NCBI GenBank assembly: GCA_964035545.1
Contig: OZ037766.1
Coordinates: forward strand, 15,428,722-15,492,721
Source of the DNA: Bugula neritina
Taxonomy: Eukaryota; Animalia; Bryozoa
Reading direction: 5' to 3'
DNA length: 64,000 bases
Under the pieces are notes generated by a model that saw only the letters and a list, made by a program, of their open reading frames with translations, searched no databases and had not been told where the DNA came from. The position numbers and the translations under genes are program-made. Shown piece after piece: positions 42,060-57,032 of the stretch. Each line of letters starts with the position of its first letter. Position 1 is the stretch's first letter.

Positions 42060-45000
42060 ATGGCTACAATAGTGCTTCCACAAGGACAAGTGCAAGGTCC
42101 ACGAATGTTGCACAACGCCGGCATAGATCAAAAAGATGATGTTGAAGAGGTACACGCAATTATTTTTGTATTATTAATTTATCAATAACTATAATAGCAA
42201 TACATTAACTGAAAATTATTATATTTATTGTCATTTTCATGTTGATGTTATCAATATCAGTAATTCAAATGGCAAATGTAATGATTAAACAACTATACGA
42301 AATGTTGCTTTAAACTTGTGCAAGCATAGTGTGATTATTACATTTGGAGTCATGATTGTGTTTATTATTATTATTATTATTATCTTTTTTACAGTTCAAA
42401 TTAAAAAATTAATATTGTTATTAAGTGTGATTGTGTTTTTAGGTGTTATTTTGGATTATTATATTTTTTTTCAGTTCTTGTTTAATTTTGAGACTGTAAT
42501 TAGCTTTAAGTTTAAGTTTATTGCAGTAGCTTTTGCTTTGACCATTATTATAACTGTCAACTCAAAAATCCAAATTTGTCGTATAACTATAAGTGTAAGT
42601 GTAGCTATTAAATAATAATTATATTGTTATTAAATGAGGGGCTTGGATTATGCATTAATATGAAATTAATATTAAATTAGTATTTTAATTAAATTAATAA
42701 ATTTAAAATTAATTTTATGATTTAATGCATTAATATTAAAAATTTGTCTAAAATTACTAAAATTGGTATGTATTATTTATATTCACTATTCTTATAACCA
42801 AGTTTTGTCACTAATAATAAAGCAAATCAATAATGATAAGATAAACAATTATAGTATCCTTATATTTCTGTGAATACTAAATTGCTGTTAGTATTATTAG
42901 TACTACTGTAACTTCTGAACTTATTGCTAATACAATTACTAAAAAAGAATGATTGTTGTTGTCACTTATTTTATTCAACACTCGCACATTCACTGGACAA
43001 CCTAAGCAGCTGAGGGTAGTTAGCATATACTATTTCAAAGCCCATCATTTGAAGAAGGCATCCTATAAGTTAACTGTGTAGTCAATCATCTAATAAAACT
43101 TTGGGCGCATTGGTAACTTTGGGGTAAAAATGGTTTCTCATATGCTCAGGTAATGATTATTAGCAGGGCCGTTAGGCTTGTAGCTGCTTGCAGTTACTCT
43201 GACTTATATATATACATTTATTAAAATAGTTTAAAGTAATTTAAAGTGGCTTAATTATCAAATTCGTTAATACTTTACTGTTAGGTAATCCCCAAAGTAA
43301 CATTTTATTTGGGACCTTCTTTTAAATTTGCACAAATGTTTTAGAAAATGCTGAAAAACTATTTACACGTAAAAGAGTCCATCAATGGACTATCTGAGAG
43401 GGATATCAATGATGTACTTGTAAAACAGGTATTCCTATACATTTTCAAGTTTTGGAGTTATCATTTGATTTCTGGTCTAAATTATTTTTCTTTAAACTGC
43501 CTCAATCACAGCTTTAATGAGTATTTTTGCAATGTAGTGAATTTTTTTATTAAATATATTTATCATACAGGCTCATTCAGGGAATCATGATGCAATTCAA
43601 ATTGGACTTTTGTATGGAATTCTTGTCGACCCAGTTCAGGGAGTGGAGCAGAATGTAAGTTTTAGTCAATCGATGGGCAAATTTCTAGTTTTTGTTGCTT
43701 CTGTTATTGTTCATGTTTTGGTTCAAACTTCATTACTTTTATTCTGATAAAGGCGTTATGCGTTGAATAAAGCAACTGTATATGTAACTATAACATTGTT
43801 TTACTTTTATATATAAAGATTTAGAAATCTTAAGTGATGTGCGAGCTTTTTGTGATGGACCCTTTCCTGCAGCAAAGTATTCATTGTCACTGAAAATATA
43901 AACTAATCATTTTGAGCATTTGATGGAAGATTAAATATGTTTTCATTTCAATACTTGAATATTTTATACAGCTTTACTTTAAAATTGACATATATTACTC
44001 AGAAAATAGAATATATTTAGATTATTTTCATATTTAATATCTTGTATTTGCTTTATCAAGTCATTTGCCAAAACATACTTAAATAATAATATAATTTTTA
44101 TTGAGCACGTCAGGTGGCACATACAGTATGTAGTCTAATATTGTGCTGTACTTGTTAGCGCTAACATGCTGTATTCTCGTACCTAACTACTGAATGTTTT
44201 AGTACTACAAATACATGATGGCTATATGCAGGGATGCCAGCGCTTGCGTAACCAACAGGCTCAGTCTAATCACCTTTGAGAAATGGCACAAGCTTTGTGA
44301 GTTCTCACAAGCAAGAGTAAGTGTTTCATTCTATAATACATATGTTTAAACTATTTCTCACCTTTTTCACCTAGATCGCTCTATAAAACTTGCTTGAGCT
44401 TATAGTTGCTATCCCTTTGAGAACCCCTTATAAAAATAGGTTTTTTAAACAGAGCGATTATGACTGAATGCCCTTCCTAGCAATGCCAATGGCCTTAGTT
44501 CATGCCTACACTTTAAAACTGATATCATTATTATTTTCCTTAGGCTTTGTGGGTATTTCGTCAGATGCTAACCAACTCAATACCTGGCATAGAGCCAGTG
44601 TTTCACAACCTTCTAAGACAGATAGCAGGTAAGATTTAGAACCAGATGCTCAATCTATATCCAGTGTTATAACAGCTAATAGATGACTTGAATGAGTAGC
44701 AATTTGCCAGTGAAGACAATGGTGTTATCCTTACCTTCAGACTTCTAGTAGAAAGGTTATGTAAGCAATGCTGATAATTACCGGAATTATGAGACTGCAG
44801 TTGAGCTGTGGCACTCATACATGCAGTGTTACATATGGTTGTTATAATTATGATGGTCACCATCCAATATATTTGTATTTTATTAAAGTGCTAGCATATT
44901 ATCATTCATCAGGTGGAGATGTGAGCCCAAAGAACCTCATGTTAGCAGACAGGGTTATTGACATTCTTCACGAAAATCGGTAAACAATGTTTTCACGTTT

Positions 45001-48000
45001 ATCAGTTAGATCAAAAAGTGCCATGTATTGCATGTGAAACACGTTTCAGACTCTACAAAGTCTATAATTTCATGAAAAAATGATGTTTACTAAATCTTCA
45101 GCCATTTAAAAATTTATAGATGCATTTCTAATTTAACTATAACGCAGATAGGTCTTGTTTTAATTGGTAATGCACTCACTTGCCATGGTCTTTGAAGATG
45201 TATTTTCTGTCTATTAGGCTTTTATATACAAATTTCTCACTGTAGTTTTACCATCTGCATAATAAATTGAACTGTTTCTGCACCTTTTCATACCGTGTAA
45301 GGTATAGACTAACGTTACTGCTATTTCCCGCTAGCGGATGGTTAGATAAACAAGCTCACATGCACGCCAATGCAATGGCTGTCTATACATTCTTACGGGT
45401 GGTGGCTGATCATATGGAACCCAGCCTTACCAATCTCAGGACTAAGGAGGTCAACTTCTGTGTGTCTATATTGTTACATAAGGTCAGTCTTTCGGTTCTC
45501 ATTAGCCGTTGACACTCTGATAACTGGTGCATTTATATACTGTGATGAAACAAGTTTTAGTATGTTGCTACACCACCATATTTAGCAGAATTTAGTACTT
45601 CCTGTAACATTAACTGAATTACTGTTATTTCTCTGCAGTGGGCTGAATGCATGGTGATTGGGCGGGACTTGATTCGTCTCTTACAAGCTGTATCACGGAT
45701 ACCTGACTTGGAGAATGTGTGGAGACTAGTGTTGCATGACCCTGCTAAACTAGACCCTAGCTTCAAAGGTACAGACACATCTGTTTAACATGGGGCAGTG
45801 TTTTATATCTAGTTATATTATGTTTACTGCTCACGGGTCACAAAACAACTAAATAAGATAATACTGGAAACATATTGTTAAATGAAATATCAATGGCACC
45901 CGTTATCACAACTTTCAATACTGTTATTTCATAATAAATTTGTTAGCCAAGACAGTTGACAGCAATAATCATATGCATTCATCATGTTGTTGAGTCTCAA
46001 AAATAAAATTGCACTGGAGATAGAGCAGTGCAACTAGAAGTTCATCAGTCATTATAAGCAGTATGCATGTACATTTATCCATTTGCTTTCAACTGATAAT
46101 GTGCTGAATACTACACAACCTAAGTTTGCTCAAAGGAGTTCCCATGCTGTGCCAGAAGGTGATACAGGTCACAGTGTAATGCTATGCTATTCTGTGTCAT
46201 GTCACAGGACTGGCCCACATCATGTCTTGCAAGACTCCAAAGAGATTCATAGCTCTCAGACTCACTCCAGAAATGGAAGGCAAACTGGTTTATCTAACAA
46301 CCAAAGTCAAGTTTGGTAACCATAAGAGATACCAGGACTGGTTTCAGCGACAGGTATAGCTACAAACCTTATCGTGAAACCCAATGCATGTTTTAATTAA
46401 ATTGCTGATGAGGTGTCTTTACCGATTAGACAAATATTTCTGTTATGATGCATTTGTGAAGCACATACATGGTTTTAGCATTAGTTCAGAAATTTTGTTG
46501 TAACTGAAGCTTTACATGCCATGTACACATTGTTTATACATTTTGATAATAGCTCTTGAATGCTTGCTTTATCATATCTTTGCAGTATTTATATGCAGAA
46601 AGTTATTTTTGTTTTCCTGAAGTCCTTGTTATTATGTTAGTGTTTTTTCTATACGTATTCCATTTATAATGCTGATATGGTATTTGTATTTAGTACTTGT
46701 CTACCCCTGAAAGTCAGTCTCTGAGGAATGATTTGATAAGATTCATATGTGTTGTGATACATCCAAGTAATGACATGTTGCAATCTGACCTCATTCCTAG
46801 ATGGGCTGTGATTGGCTGGCTTCTCACCACCTGCACAGTATGTTTCCTTGTGGACAATTACAGTTCAAATATGGATTATATTTAAAATAATTGTATCATG
46901 TTTTCCAAACTTTTTCTGATATTTTGTTTTTCTTTGGTAGTTTTATATAGTTTGTCTAAAGATGCATTAATAACTTAACAGTTTTGAAGTAGATTCTGGA
47001 ATTTCTAATTTTATTGCCAGCATTACGTAATGTGACTGGTTTTAGTTGGCAAAAATAGAAGCGTGTACATTATACAGTGTTATTACTACTAGATGTATAA
47101 ATCATGTATTGCTACTATAAATGTTGTATTTTCACTATGAATTATGTATTACCATTCTGTGTCAAATAGCGGTACAGTTGTAGTTAATTGATTATTTTAC
47201 AGTCAAATGTGGCTGCATCTTTGGCAAAGTTGGCTCTGTTCTGGGATTGGCTGTTTTATGACAAAACCAAGTCAGAAAATAGTACTATTATGCATATAGA
47301 GCCAGCTATATTGGTGATGCAACACTCAATGAAGCCACATATGCAGATCACAGTAAGCCTGCTGGATTTTCTTGTCAGGGTAAGTTCTATTGTGGTGAAT
47401 CTTTTGAAGAATATTGTTTTTATTGTGTTATAATTTGTTTATACTTTTTAATTTACTACTTCATCTCAAAGTAACTTGCCTCGGGACTTAACATCTACTT
47501 TCTGTGGCACAGCTTTTATTCTCGGATCAGTCGTACACTACCTGCTTACAAATCATATGTTACCATTACTTTGTAGTTTATTCAGGATTTCATATTAGCA
47601 GTCTGTGCTTTACATATAGTCCCTGTGCTATCTCTTGCTAAACTAGCAATATTTAGTTGATGTTATAGACATTTATATTGTACTGATATAGCAACTCTAG
47701 AATATTTTCTCATACTAAATATTACAGTATTTTTATCACTCAACTGAGATATGGCAATAAATAATATTATTTACTTCTAGATTATACCTACATTCTATCC
47801 ACCCCTGAAGAGTCATGTCAAGGCTGGAATCAACTCGGCTCTCAGCGATATTTCCAGCAAAAAAGTTCTTCCGTAAATATTTTCATATCGTTTTATCTTT
47901 TTGTTATTTTGGATTTTTACCTGCTAAATAGTAGGTGTAGCTGTGTCTAGGGACATGTTATGTTTTTCTCTCGCATGGCTAAAGGTACAGTTTTAGTTCG

Positions 48001-51000
48001 CTGTTTTATAAGTTCGATTGAAGTTGAAAGGGACATTTGCTTTTACAAGTCATCATAGCGTGATACTTTAGTTTGAGCGCACCATTTATATTTCAGTGAG
48101 TGACTCATTCCTAAGCAGTGTCTCTTTTCTTTCCCTTAGGTCGCTGTCGGCGTTGTTTGACAGCGCTAGACTTGATAGAGATCTTCGAAATCAGCTCAGG
48201 GAAACGTTCCCACAGTTTTGCATTGCAGTTGCCACCACCCCTACCGAAGGTGAGCTATTGTGAGCGTGCATTCTGTGTGCTAGCTAGCTAGCTCATGCCT
48301 GTCTGCTCTCCAGTAATAGTTTTACTGCATATGTATATGTACTATAATATAAGACTGTTCAAATATTCCTGTGGTTGGCTTATTTTTTTCAAGTTAATTC
48401 AAACCTTGACCTGCATGTAGATTAGGCGCACTTTCTGTTACAATTATACTCAGTTATACATTATATATTTTAGTATAGTTGAATAATGTGCTATTTACTT
48501 ACACTTAATGATATTTTTCACACATTTCGCAGCCTCTTTTCTGTTCCTGTGGTGGGTTTCTGCATGATTCTAAGTTCCACCAAATTCTTCCATCTATCTC
48601 TGTCTACTGTATCTATAGCAATAAACTTGATTCATCTAGGGTTGGTTTTTAGGGTTTCGCACCATCTTAGCTTTGGGTATTTTCTCAGTCGTGTTCCTTC
48701 TATTCTCATGTTCAATTCTCGTATAATGTCTTCATTGCTTTTTTGAATATCTAACATGACCATCTCACTTCATCTCCTCTCTCACCATGTCCTTGGTTGA
48801 CATCACTCTTACCTCTGCTGTGATATCTTCACTTCTCAAGGGGTTTTCTAGGATTATTCCTAGACAGTGCCTCAACATTACCGTCTCACAAGAAGTCATA
48901 CCGTTGGCCAGATTCTGTGATTGACCATGTTTCATCTACTTACAACAGAACAGGTTTCATTGTTGTTTATAAATTAAAACTTTTAGTTTGGTAGGAATTT
49001 TCCTGTCACATAGTACCCCAGTCAGTTCTTTCTATTAGTTCTTAGCATTAGGTATTTGGATTTCTAACCCGTTATGAAAGCTTCCATCTTGGTAGACTGT
49101 TGTTTCCAAGTACTTCAATACTGTTCATTTGGGCAGGCTTTCTGGGTTTTGGTTATCATATTTCTTCATTTTGCTGCTTCCTGGTTTCCAACTGCTGGCA
49201 GATACTTGACTTCATTTTGGCTAATCTTCAATCCTTTTCTCTCCCCATCTCTATTAAAAGTACAAGGCTATCTGAAAATGGCATTGCCCATGCACTGTTC
49301 TCTTCAAAGTCCTCCATAATAGCATCTATAATTATATAGAAGTTTAAAATAAGTATTTGCTGGTTGTACCGACTAAAAGTTGTATACTTGTGAACTAATT
49401 GTACTTATGTTGCATGCTATGCAAGGTTGTTTAGCTAGATGCTTTTTGTTTGTGGATTACTATACTTTAGTAAATGTTTAGTTTCAGGCCCACCTCCTCC
49501 GCGTCTTGTAAAGCCTCAGAGTCCTAAAATAGATACACCACTAGACCTTCTGCTCCCCCCAACAGCCCCTCTGGAACTTACTCCCTCGGCAATTCTCAAC
49601 ACCACCTCAAGTGATCAGCTCAAATCTCCAACCAGTGATGTCGGTGCAGCGTTTAGTGAAGACGAGATTGGTATGCTCTTGTTGAATATTGTTTAGCCTG
49701 ATTGATTTTATCTAGTGCTTGGTTTTTCTATACAAAGGTTGGTAGCATTTAGGAATGCAAACCAACCTTATTTTAGCTGAAATATGTTTGGAAAATTTTG
49801 CTTGAATTAACTTTTTTTCAGAGTTTTATCTCACAGTTAGTTAGTTGCTGATTGGTCAATAATATTCATACGTGAAAATATCTCTACTTGTGTGATTGGG
49901 ATAGCTGTGTAACATTATTTTGTGATCCTTGCAGAGATTTTTAAGACTGATTCAGCTGATTCAAAGCTCAATTCTGGATTCAAACCCATCAGCATGCCAA
50001 AAAACATTAGAAGGCTGTCATCACACACGGAGAAGTCGAGAGAAACTCTTGATGACTATATGAGCAGAGTGACTGGAGAGTTCAAGGTCGTTCTGGAACA
50101 ACTTAAAGATGAAAGGTAGTTTTCTTGTTTTAAATGTGACCTGAAAATTATAAAAAATGTCAACAATTACTTGGTCTATGAAATTTAACAAATCAAAAAC
50201 ATCTTTTAGTTTCTATTTTATATGTGAAGAAAATTTACTACTCTTTACTTTATCTGCCACTGCATTTTTACAATTACTTTACAAAAAATAGTCTCATGAT
50301 GTTTAACTTACAGTGATGATGAAAAGAAATGCGAGCTGACTGTCAAGTTACTACAATGTATTGATGACGTAAGTATGTGTTTGTGTAAGTTTATACATAT
50401 ACAAAGCAATCATTTTTTGTGTGTCTGAATTCACATCTGTGTTAATATTATTTACATACGGCTACTAAGTCCTTGCATGTTTAGCTAAACCAAAAGTTAA
50501 TTTCTATTTCTAGCCTAATAGCTTTTATTTGTAAATGTAATTCTAATACTTGGGCACAGTGTTGTAAGAAGACAACTTTTGACATTAACATTTTGCCCAT
50601 TATATCATTACTTCTATTCATAGGATAATTTCACTACTTATCTTTACATATATTGCAGACGACAATAAGTTTGCTATGTGTTGTGGCTCACCCAGATATA
50701 CCTTCTTAAGCCAAGCTGTGTAAAATATCCATCCTATACATTTGGTGAAGTATTAGATTCCCTCTCATGTCTGACTGCAATCCTAATAGCCTGAGGTGTT
50801 TTTGTTTGATTCAGGCTGATGGGGAGTTTGACGACCCCCTGGCACCTGCTGTAGCCTCAGCCCTCTGCACAATGTTTAGCTCCACATTCACCTCTGTATC
50901 ACTTCCAGAGGAGATCAATGATGAAGCTCTAGAAGATTCCATAGTCTCCCCTTTGTTTGTGATCTTCAGGTTGGAATTTAATGTTCATTGTATTTATTTA

Positions 51001-54000
51001 ATTTAATTGTTCATTGTACAGTGTGTGCTGTGTGAGCTCTTTTAATATATCAGTTTATTGTTTTATATGCCTTGAATTTTTAATAGTTTTATATCGTTCA
51101 ACTGTGTTTTTAAACAATACTACTACTTCAAAGTAGTTTTCATTTTTATATTGGTTTGTTTTCTTCGGCTAACTGCAGTCAGAATAAGTCATAATTTATT
51201 ACACAGTCTTACAGCATTTGCTACTGTACAGTTGGCTAGGCAGTTCAATTATTTTTTAAATCTTCACATTGTAACACCTGCAGCAGTCTATCTGTAGCAT
51301 GCATTAATTATTTGTGTGTAGTTTATATTTTGCAGTATTTGGGTTATGTGTAAATAGCTAAATTGGTAGTGTTGAGTGCAGTAAAATATCAATATAATGC
51401 GTGTTTTGTTAATAAAACTGCTCAAGTTGTATATAACAATTACCGGTAGTCAACTAGTTGAAAATGTTTATTGCTCTGCCTCATTTCTATATTAATTTGC
51501 TATAATCTACAAATTCATCGGGTGTCATCTAACTGAACAAAGTTGCTCAAATGATACATCTGAGCAGTTCTCCTCATACCAGTAGCTAAGAAAATGTCTG
51601 CTATTATTTGTAACATTTGTTGTTGCAGAAACATCTGTTCTCTACCATTGGATGAACCAAGCCGAGAAGATCTTACCTATTTCCTGTACGAGATGCACGC
51701 ATTCGAGCCGAGAGTCGGTTACTTACTTTTATACTTCCTCAAAGTTAGGTGCGTTGTATTTGTCACTTTAAATGATAAGCAATTCATAGTCATTTGTTTA
51801 AATTTTCATTTGTTGTATTTAGTTTTTCACTATATAATGAAGAGCAGTTATTTTGATAAGGAGATTAAGATAACTGGTAGAATTGGTTCGCAAATAGTAA
51901 TTACCAGCTGCCAAATTATCATTAGAGTAAATGGTTGATAAGTACTACAGCACTGTAATTTTGTTTTTCCAAAGCTTTCTTGTCGTTGTTTTTGTATTAT
52001 TGGACCACAGTTACCCAAATTGACTCATTTACAAATTTTATTTAGTAAATCAGTTGATGAGAAAATGATCACCTATAAGAAGATGACTGAGTTTGCAGCT
52101 GATGACAAAGATTTAAAAACTTTCATTCTTGATGATTTGAAGGTATTCCATATGTCTTTTTGTAAAAAAAATATATACCATTACATATATTCAATACCAT
52201 TTTATACAATAGTTTTCTGCTTATATTCGACCTGAACTGACCTGCTATATTAGACTCCTGGTATCTATTGATATATGTTTATATTTGTCATGTCTGTCAT
52301 TATTCAATTTGCTATTAAATCTATTTAGTTTTCTTATAATAGTGTTAATACTAGCATTTAGAAACTGATGTCTTTTAAGAGTTTAATAATACCAACATAA
52401 CAATAATATCTCAGAAATATAATATCTTTCATGCTTTGCTTCCCATAGTTATGTCAGGAGGACGACATGAGAATGTTTATTTACCTCATCACTGATGTGT
52501 ATACTAATTTCCTCACTGCCACAGTTCCCAACCCTGAGCTTATGCTGCTCGTATGTTCTACTATAGACAGCACTCAACTACTTGCTCTCATGTGTCAGGT
52601 GCTACAAGGCCACCTGCTCATGTTCAAGAAAGACTCTGTGTTAGCAGTACTCAGTAAGTTTAGATAAATATAATCATCAGAGAATATATATATTTATATA
52701 TTTTTTAATTATATTTATATTTCTATTTTTCTGTTGTATAGAACTTTATCTACAAATGCATAATTAATACTATCATAGTTTTGTTATACTGTCTACAAAT
52801 ATATTTTATTACAAGTATGCAGTACTATTCTCTGAAACTGCTTTACACTTGAAGTGTACAGCTTATTAGAATAGTAATGAGCGAGGGGGGGGGTCATCAC
52901 TAATCATACACAGTCAGTTAATACTCTGCAGATCACAGTTTGGAGTGGGAGACCATTGAGCAGTACTTCCTGTGGCAGCTTCTCTCATCACATGACTTGC
53001 CTGTTGAAAACATCCTTCCTGTGTTATCTAAGTTGGAATCTCCAAGTAATTGTCTTCTATTTCTTTCTAGTCAGATATTATTTATACTCAGATTCATAAA
53101 CCAACATGAATTTTATTCAAATATTTTTATTGCAGAACATGCTGAAGCTCTAACTTGCTTACTTTCACTTCTAACAAAGAAAAGGTAAATGTTTTAAATA
53201 ATGTTTTATTGATTTTTGCAATATTGCTCATTGTGTGTATTCTGTAGGCTGTAATATAGTACTACTGTGAACTAAGCAACTGTGTTCAATGTGCCATTTT
53301 GTTAATAAACTGTATTAATTTTTAGTTTATTTTGCATTATTTTAAAATGACTCAAATGTGTAATAATTGAAAACCAAATGGGTTGGAAACTTGTTTTTGT
53401 ACTACTTGCAGTCCAAATAACGATTTGATGAGGTTGGTTTTGTGTCGCCAACCTTCCAAGTTGGATAGTTTCACAGCTTCACTGCTCAAAAACTGGGCAC
53501 AGGAAGATGAAGACAAAACTGCCGAGTGTTTGGATCATTTTTTGTCACACAATATCAGCACACCTAAAAAAGTTACTAAAGCGAGGTCAGTACTTTTGTA
53601 TCAAATTGAGAGGGTGGCTTCACCTAGTTTGATTTTGCTATCAGCTTTTATTAAAAGCAAAAATAATGATAACATTGATGGTAATTAATGAGGCTATTAA
53701 TTTTGTTTGTTTTTTATGATTACGATTATTATTGTTGTTGGTTATACTGATTTAATTTACCGTCAGTGTCATTATTTCATTATTAATATTGTATTTGGTA
53801 TCAGCACGCTGAGTACTAAAAATACCAAACTATCAACTGTTCAGTTCCTCACCAACTTTTAGTAGTCTGGATACTAATTTCAGTTAAGCACTACTTGAAT
53901 CAAATATGATTTGCTTTATGAATTTGTGTTTAATTTAGCTTATCTTTCAAAGAATATAAATCCAATCAAGGGTATGTTGATTTCTATTTAGATCACTTTT

Positions 54001-56986
54001 GCTGTTCTTGAAATGTTTATTTTGACTTTCCTGTCTCTTATGTTCATAACATTCAATTGAAACTAATCTCAATGATTTCATATATACAGTTTTATTTAAG
54101 CATTACTTGTCAATTTTATTCAAGAAGAGTCTGTGGTGGGATAAGCTCTTTTCAATACAAACAGCAATTTATCTTGTATTATCACAAAAATTATTTACTT
54201 CTGAAAATGTTATGTTGTCTAAATGTAGCAAAACATGTGCTTGTAGAACATTTTTGTTAGTTTTTATAAAAACTATGTATGGTTGTTATGAACCTGCAGT
54301 CATTAAATATTTCAATTTAAAGGTGACCATTCTAATATAGATCATTTCAAAACTGGTTAATTTAAAAAATGAGGCAATTTAGGCAATACTTATTTTAAAA
54401 TAGTCGTTTTAGTAATAGGATTATATTTGAGATATTATATTATTCTTCTTGATAAAATTCTTAATAAATGTGATTGCTTTTATTAATCAGTTAGCAATTT
54501 AAATTTTAGTCCTTAATTACTAATTTCTTGCGATAAACTTTTATAAACATGTTTTTTGTAATAGTTTCTGATTATTTTATATGCAGAAATATTTTAAGTG
54601 TCATGAAATAAAAACTATAATACGCAATCATTATCATTTTAATAATTAAGAACAAACTAAATAAAAATATTATTACATTAAATAGTTATGTAAAAGAAGA
54701 AATATGATTTGCCTACTGCGACACTTTAATGAATAATTGCTAGCTCATTCATAAAACAATGTAATTATTAAAACTTAAATAATGAAAATCATATAATAGC
54801 ACCTCAAATAAACTCCGTCACTGAAACATGGCTCTTTCATAGATTATCTATTATCGAAGTTTTTGAAATGTCATTACTGGTTGTAGAATAACACAACTGT
54901 GATATACTATTAGGAATACAGTGGATTTTATGCTTTTAGATCGAGAAAAGAAATGCCTTCCACTGATAACATCTTGTCACATCTTGATCTCATGAGACAG
55001 ACTTGTAAAAATATTTCCTGTGAGTTTACCGTTTGCTCCTCTTCTGATTTCTCTGTTTTATCTGTAGCATGTTTAACTAAATTGCTAATTATTTTCATTC
55101 TTTTATAAACAGCAGTTATGTGCTGAGTTGGTACTTGGTTTTAGCACTACACCTAGACAGCTATACTTATATACACTGTGTACATGTTTTGTAAACTTGA
55201 AAAATTTATCTACTTATTTATATTTGCAGTTCTAACGAATGAAAGAATACAAAAAGTTTTACAGCAAGTACAGACTGCCTGTAGTGAGCAACAAAAACAA
55301 ACGTATGTACTAAGTATTTTTCCAGTGTTTCATGGTTTTTGATCCATACAATTTAGTTTTTAATTTATTCTAGATTTTTTTCGATTACTCAAATTGAGCA
55401 TCTGAAAGGCTACAATGATGACCAATTAACACTAGTTTAATGAGTGACTACAGTTTATTTTATGTTTTAAAATTAGGTGTCTAGGCATGCTGCAACTCAT
55501 AAAATTTCAGTGTTTGCTTAATTGCTCACTTTTTAACTTTTCAGCGTCATCTATATGCGCTCTATCCACTTCATTTTAACAAAGGAGTGGATCCACAATT
55601 TATCTCCTTCATAAGCTAAATTTCTGGCTTAGGATCATCTACTAGTATTAACTAATATATTGCATCAGCATGATAGTTTCTAAGAAGATTGAAGTTGTTA
55701 ACAGTAATTAGATGTAAAATCATTGCATTATTTCCTGTTTTTATTGTCTAGCTACCTGTCGATTTCATTAACAGGTTTTCAGAGTTGTTTGCTCTTATAA
55801 TTGATGACGAAGATGAGGACGAAGTACCCTCTAAGAGGAAGTTACGGCAGACAGCTGCAAGAAGAGCTAACAATGCCAGTCCCAAACCACAAATAGATCG
55901 GCGCCGACGACAAAGTGATTCTTCTAGTGGTTCAGATGATGTAAGAATTTTACCCTCTCAGTCTCTCATTCAGTGGTTGTGTAATATGGTGCCTTTGAGT
56001 CAAGTCATAACTTGGACTGTTATAATAGCTAGAATTGATGCAATTAGAGTTAATATGGATTGACTATAAAGTCTTTGACACAAGTGAAACTCATTCACAT
56101 ATTTATAAAATATAAAATGTAGATTCATGTAAATTGATAGCTTTAGTTTCAGCTATGATAAGTTTGTTTTTATTTAGATTAAATGAATAATAAGAACTAT
56201 CAAAACCACAAAACTTTACTTGGTTACAGTAACCATGAAACTTTCCCTATAGCATTGAAATTAGTTGATTATTTAAATCAGTCTGAGTTTTAAATTTACT
56301 TTAAAATTGACATGAAAATATTGTGAGCCATTAAGGTGTAGTTTAAATTTCAAGTAAAGAACACTTGTTATAAGCTCAAAAATTATATATGGTTATTTTT
56401 TAGTTTTACTGGTCTAAATATCAGATTTGCAACAATTTGATCAATTTTTGCAAACCAAATTCAATTGATAAGCCAAGTTTAATTAATAATTTAAAGACTC
56501 CCTTATGTATTTCATTTATGCCGTATTAAAATATTCATATGTACCTTAGCTATCTTCTACAGACTGTTTGAGGGTTGTGTGCTCAAACAATTTAATTTTC
56601 TAATAAATTTTGTGCTCATGCTGATGCCGTTTTTGGTTGGCTCTGGAGTCGCTGGTATTATACAACTAATACTAAGTAGGCTTGTATTGCATGCTATTCT
56701 TAGCTGCTGCAACACACAGCTTAATCACTGGGCTGGCTTAAAGTTTCAAGTTGAAAGATATTTGAAAGTTCAAGGTTTATTGCAAACTGAGACTCAAAGT
56801 TTATATGTTTTCATTTGATAATCTGGGCTACTAAAGATTTATTCTGTAGTTTGTTATGAGTTTGTATATTGAAAAGTATTAAGAGAAAAAGTTTTATTGT
56901 GTAACTTATAGGAAGAAATACTTCGAGCTCAACCTGCCAAGAAGAGAAAGAAAGGGGCGATTATAGAGTTGGATGACAGTGATTAG
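42060..56986 (+). CDS. INTS3: Integrator complex subunit 3 (SOSS-A), complete, ~1,065 aa
   Basis: 27 exons in frame (3,198 nt): 42060-42149, 43345-43428, 43571-43654, 44203-44316, 44544-44628, 44913-44979, 45335-45482, 45639-45768, 46208-46353, 46694-46837, 47203-47379, 47781-47872, 48140-48249, 49488-49670, 49935-50115, 50314-50368, 50815-50969, 51629-51748, 52046-52142, 52449-52653, 52932-53045, 53136-53184, 53412-53585, 54940-55019, 55230-55302, 55775-55940, 56912-56986. Signature stretches: [105 protein letters not shown]; C-terminus KKRKKG...DSD. Confidence 0.96.
44384..44506 (-). mobile_element. Partial copy of the tRNA-derived SINE
   Basis: ttatagttgctatccc and ttatgactgaatgcccttccta...ccaatggcctt match 12335-12537. 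Confidence 0.6.
48520..49330 (-). mobile_element. 5'-truncated, decayed RTE-clade LINE in an INTS3 intron
   Basis: Minus-strand translation, with stops and frameshifts, gives [11 protein letters not shown] (degenerate FADD), [12 protein letters not shown] and [32 protein letters not shown], typical of RTE reverse-transcriptase C-termini. Confidence 0.82.
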
Positions 56987-57026
56987 TTTCCTTTATGTGT
57001 ACGGTATTATCTGTTGTATTATTAAA

Positions 57027-57032
57027 ATAAAA
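57027..57032 (+). terminator. Putative polyadenylation signal of INTS3
   Basis: AATAAA ~40 nt after the stop; another candidate lies near 57208. Confidence 0.35.

Noticed and set aside
42316-42615. Hydrophobic 99-aa ORF in INTS3 intron 1
   Set aside because: Low-complexity AT-rich (ATT)n intron sequence with a non-ATG start.
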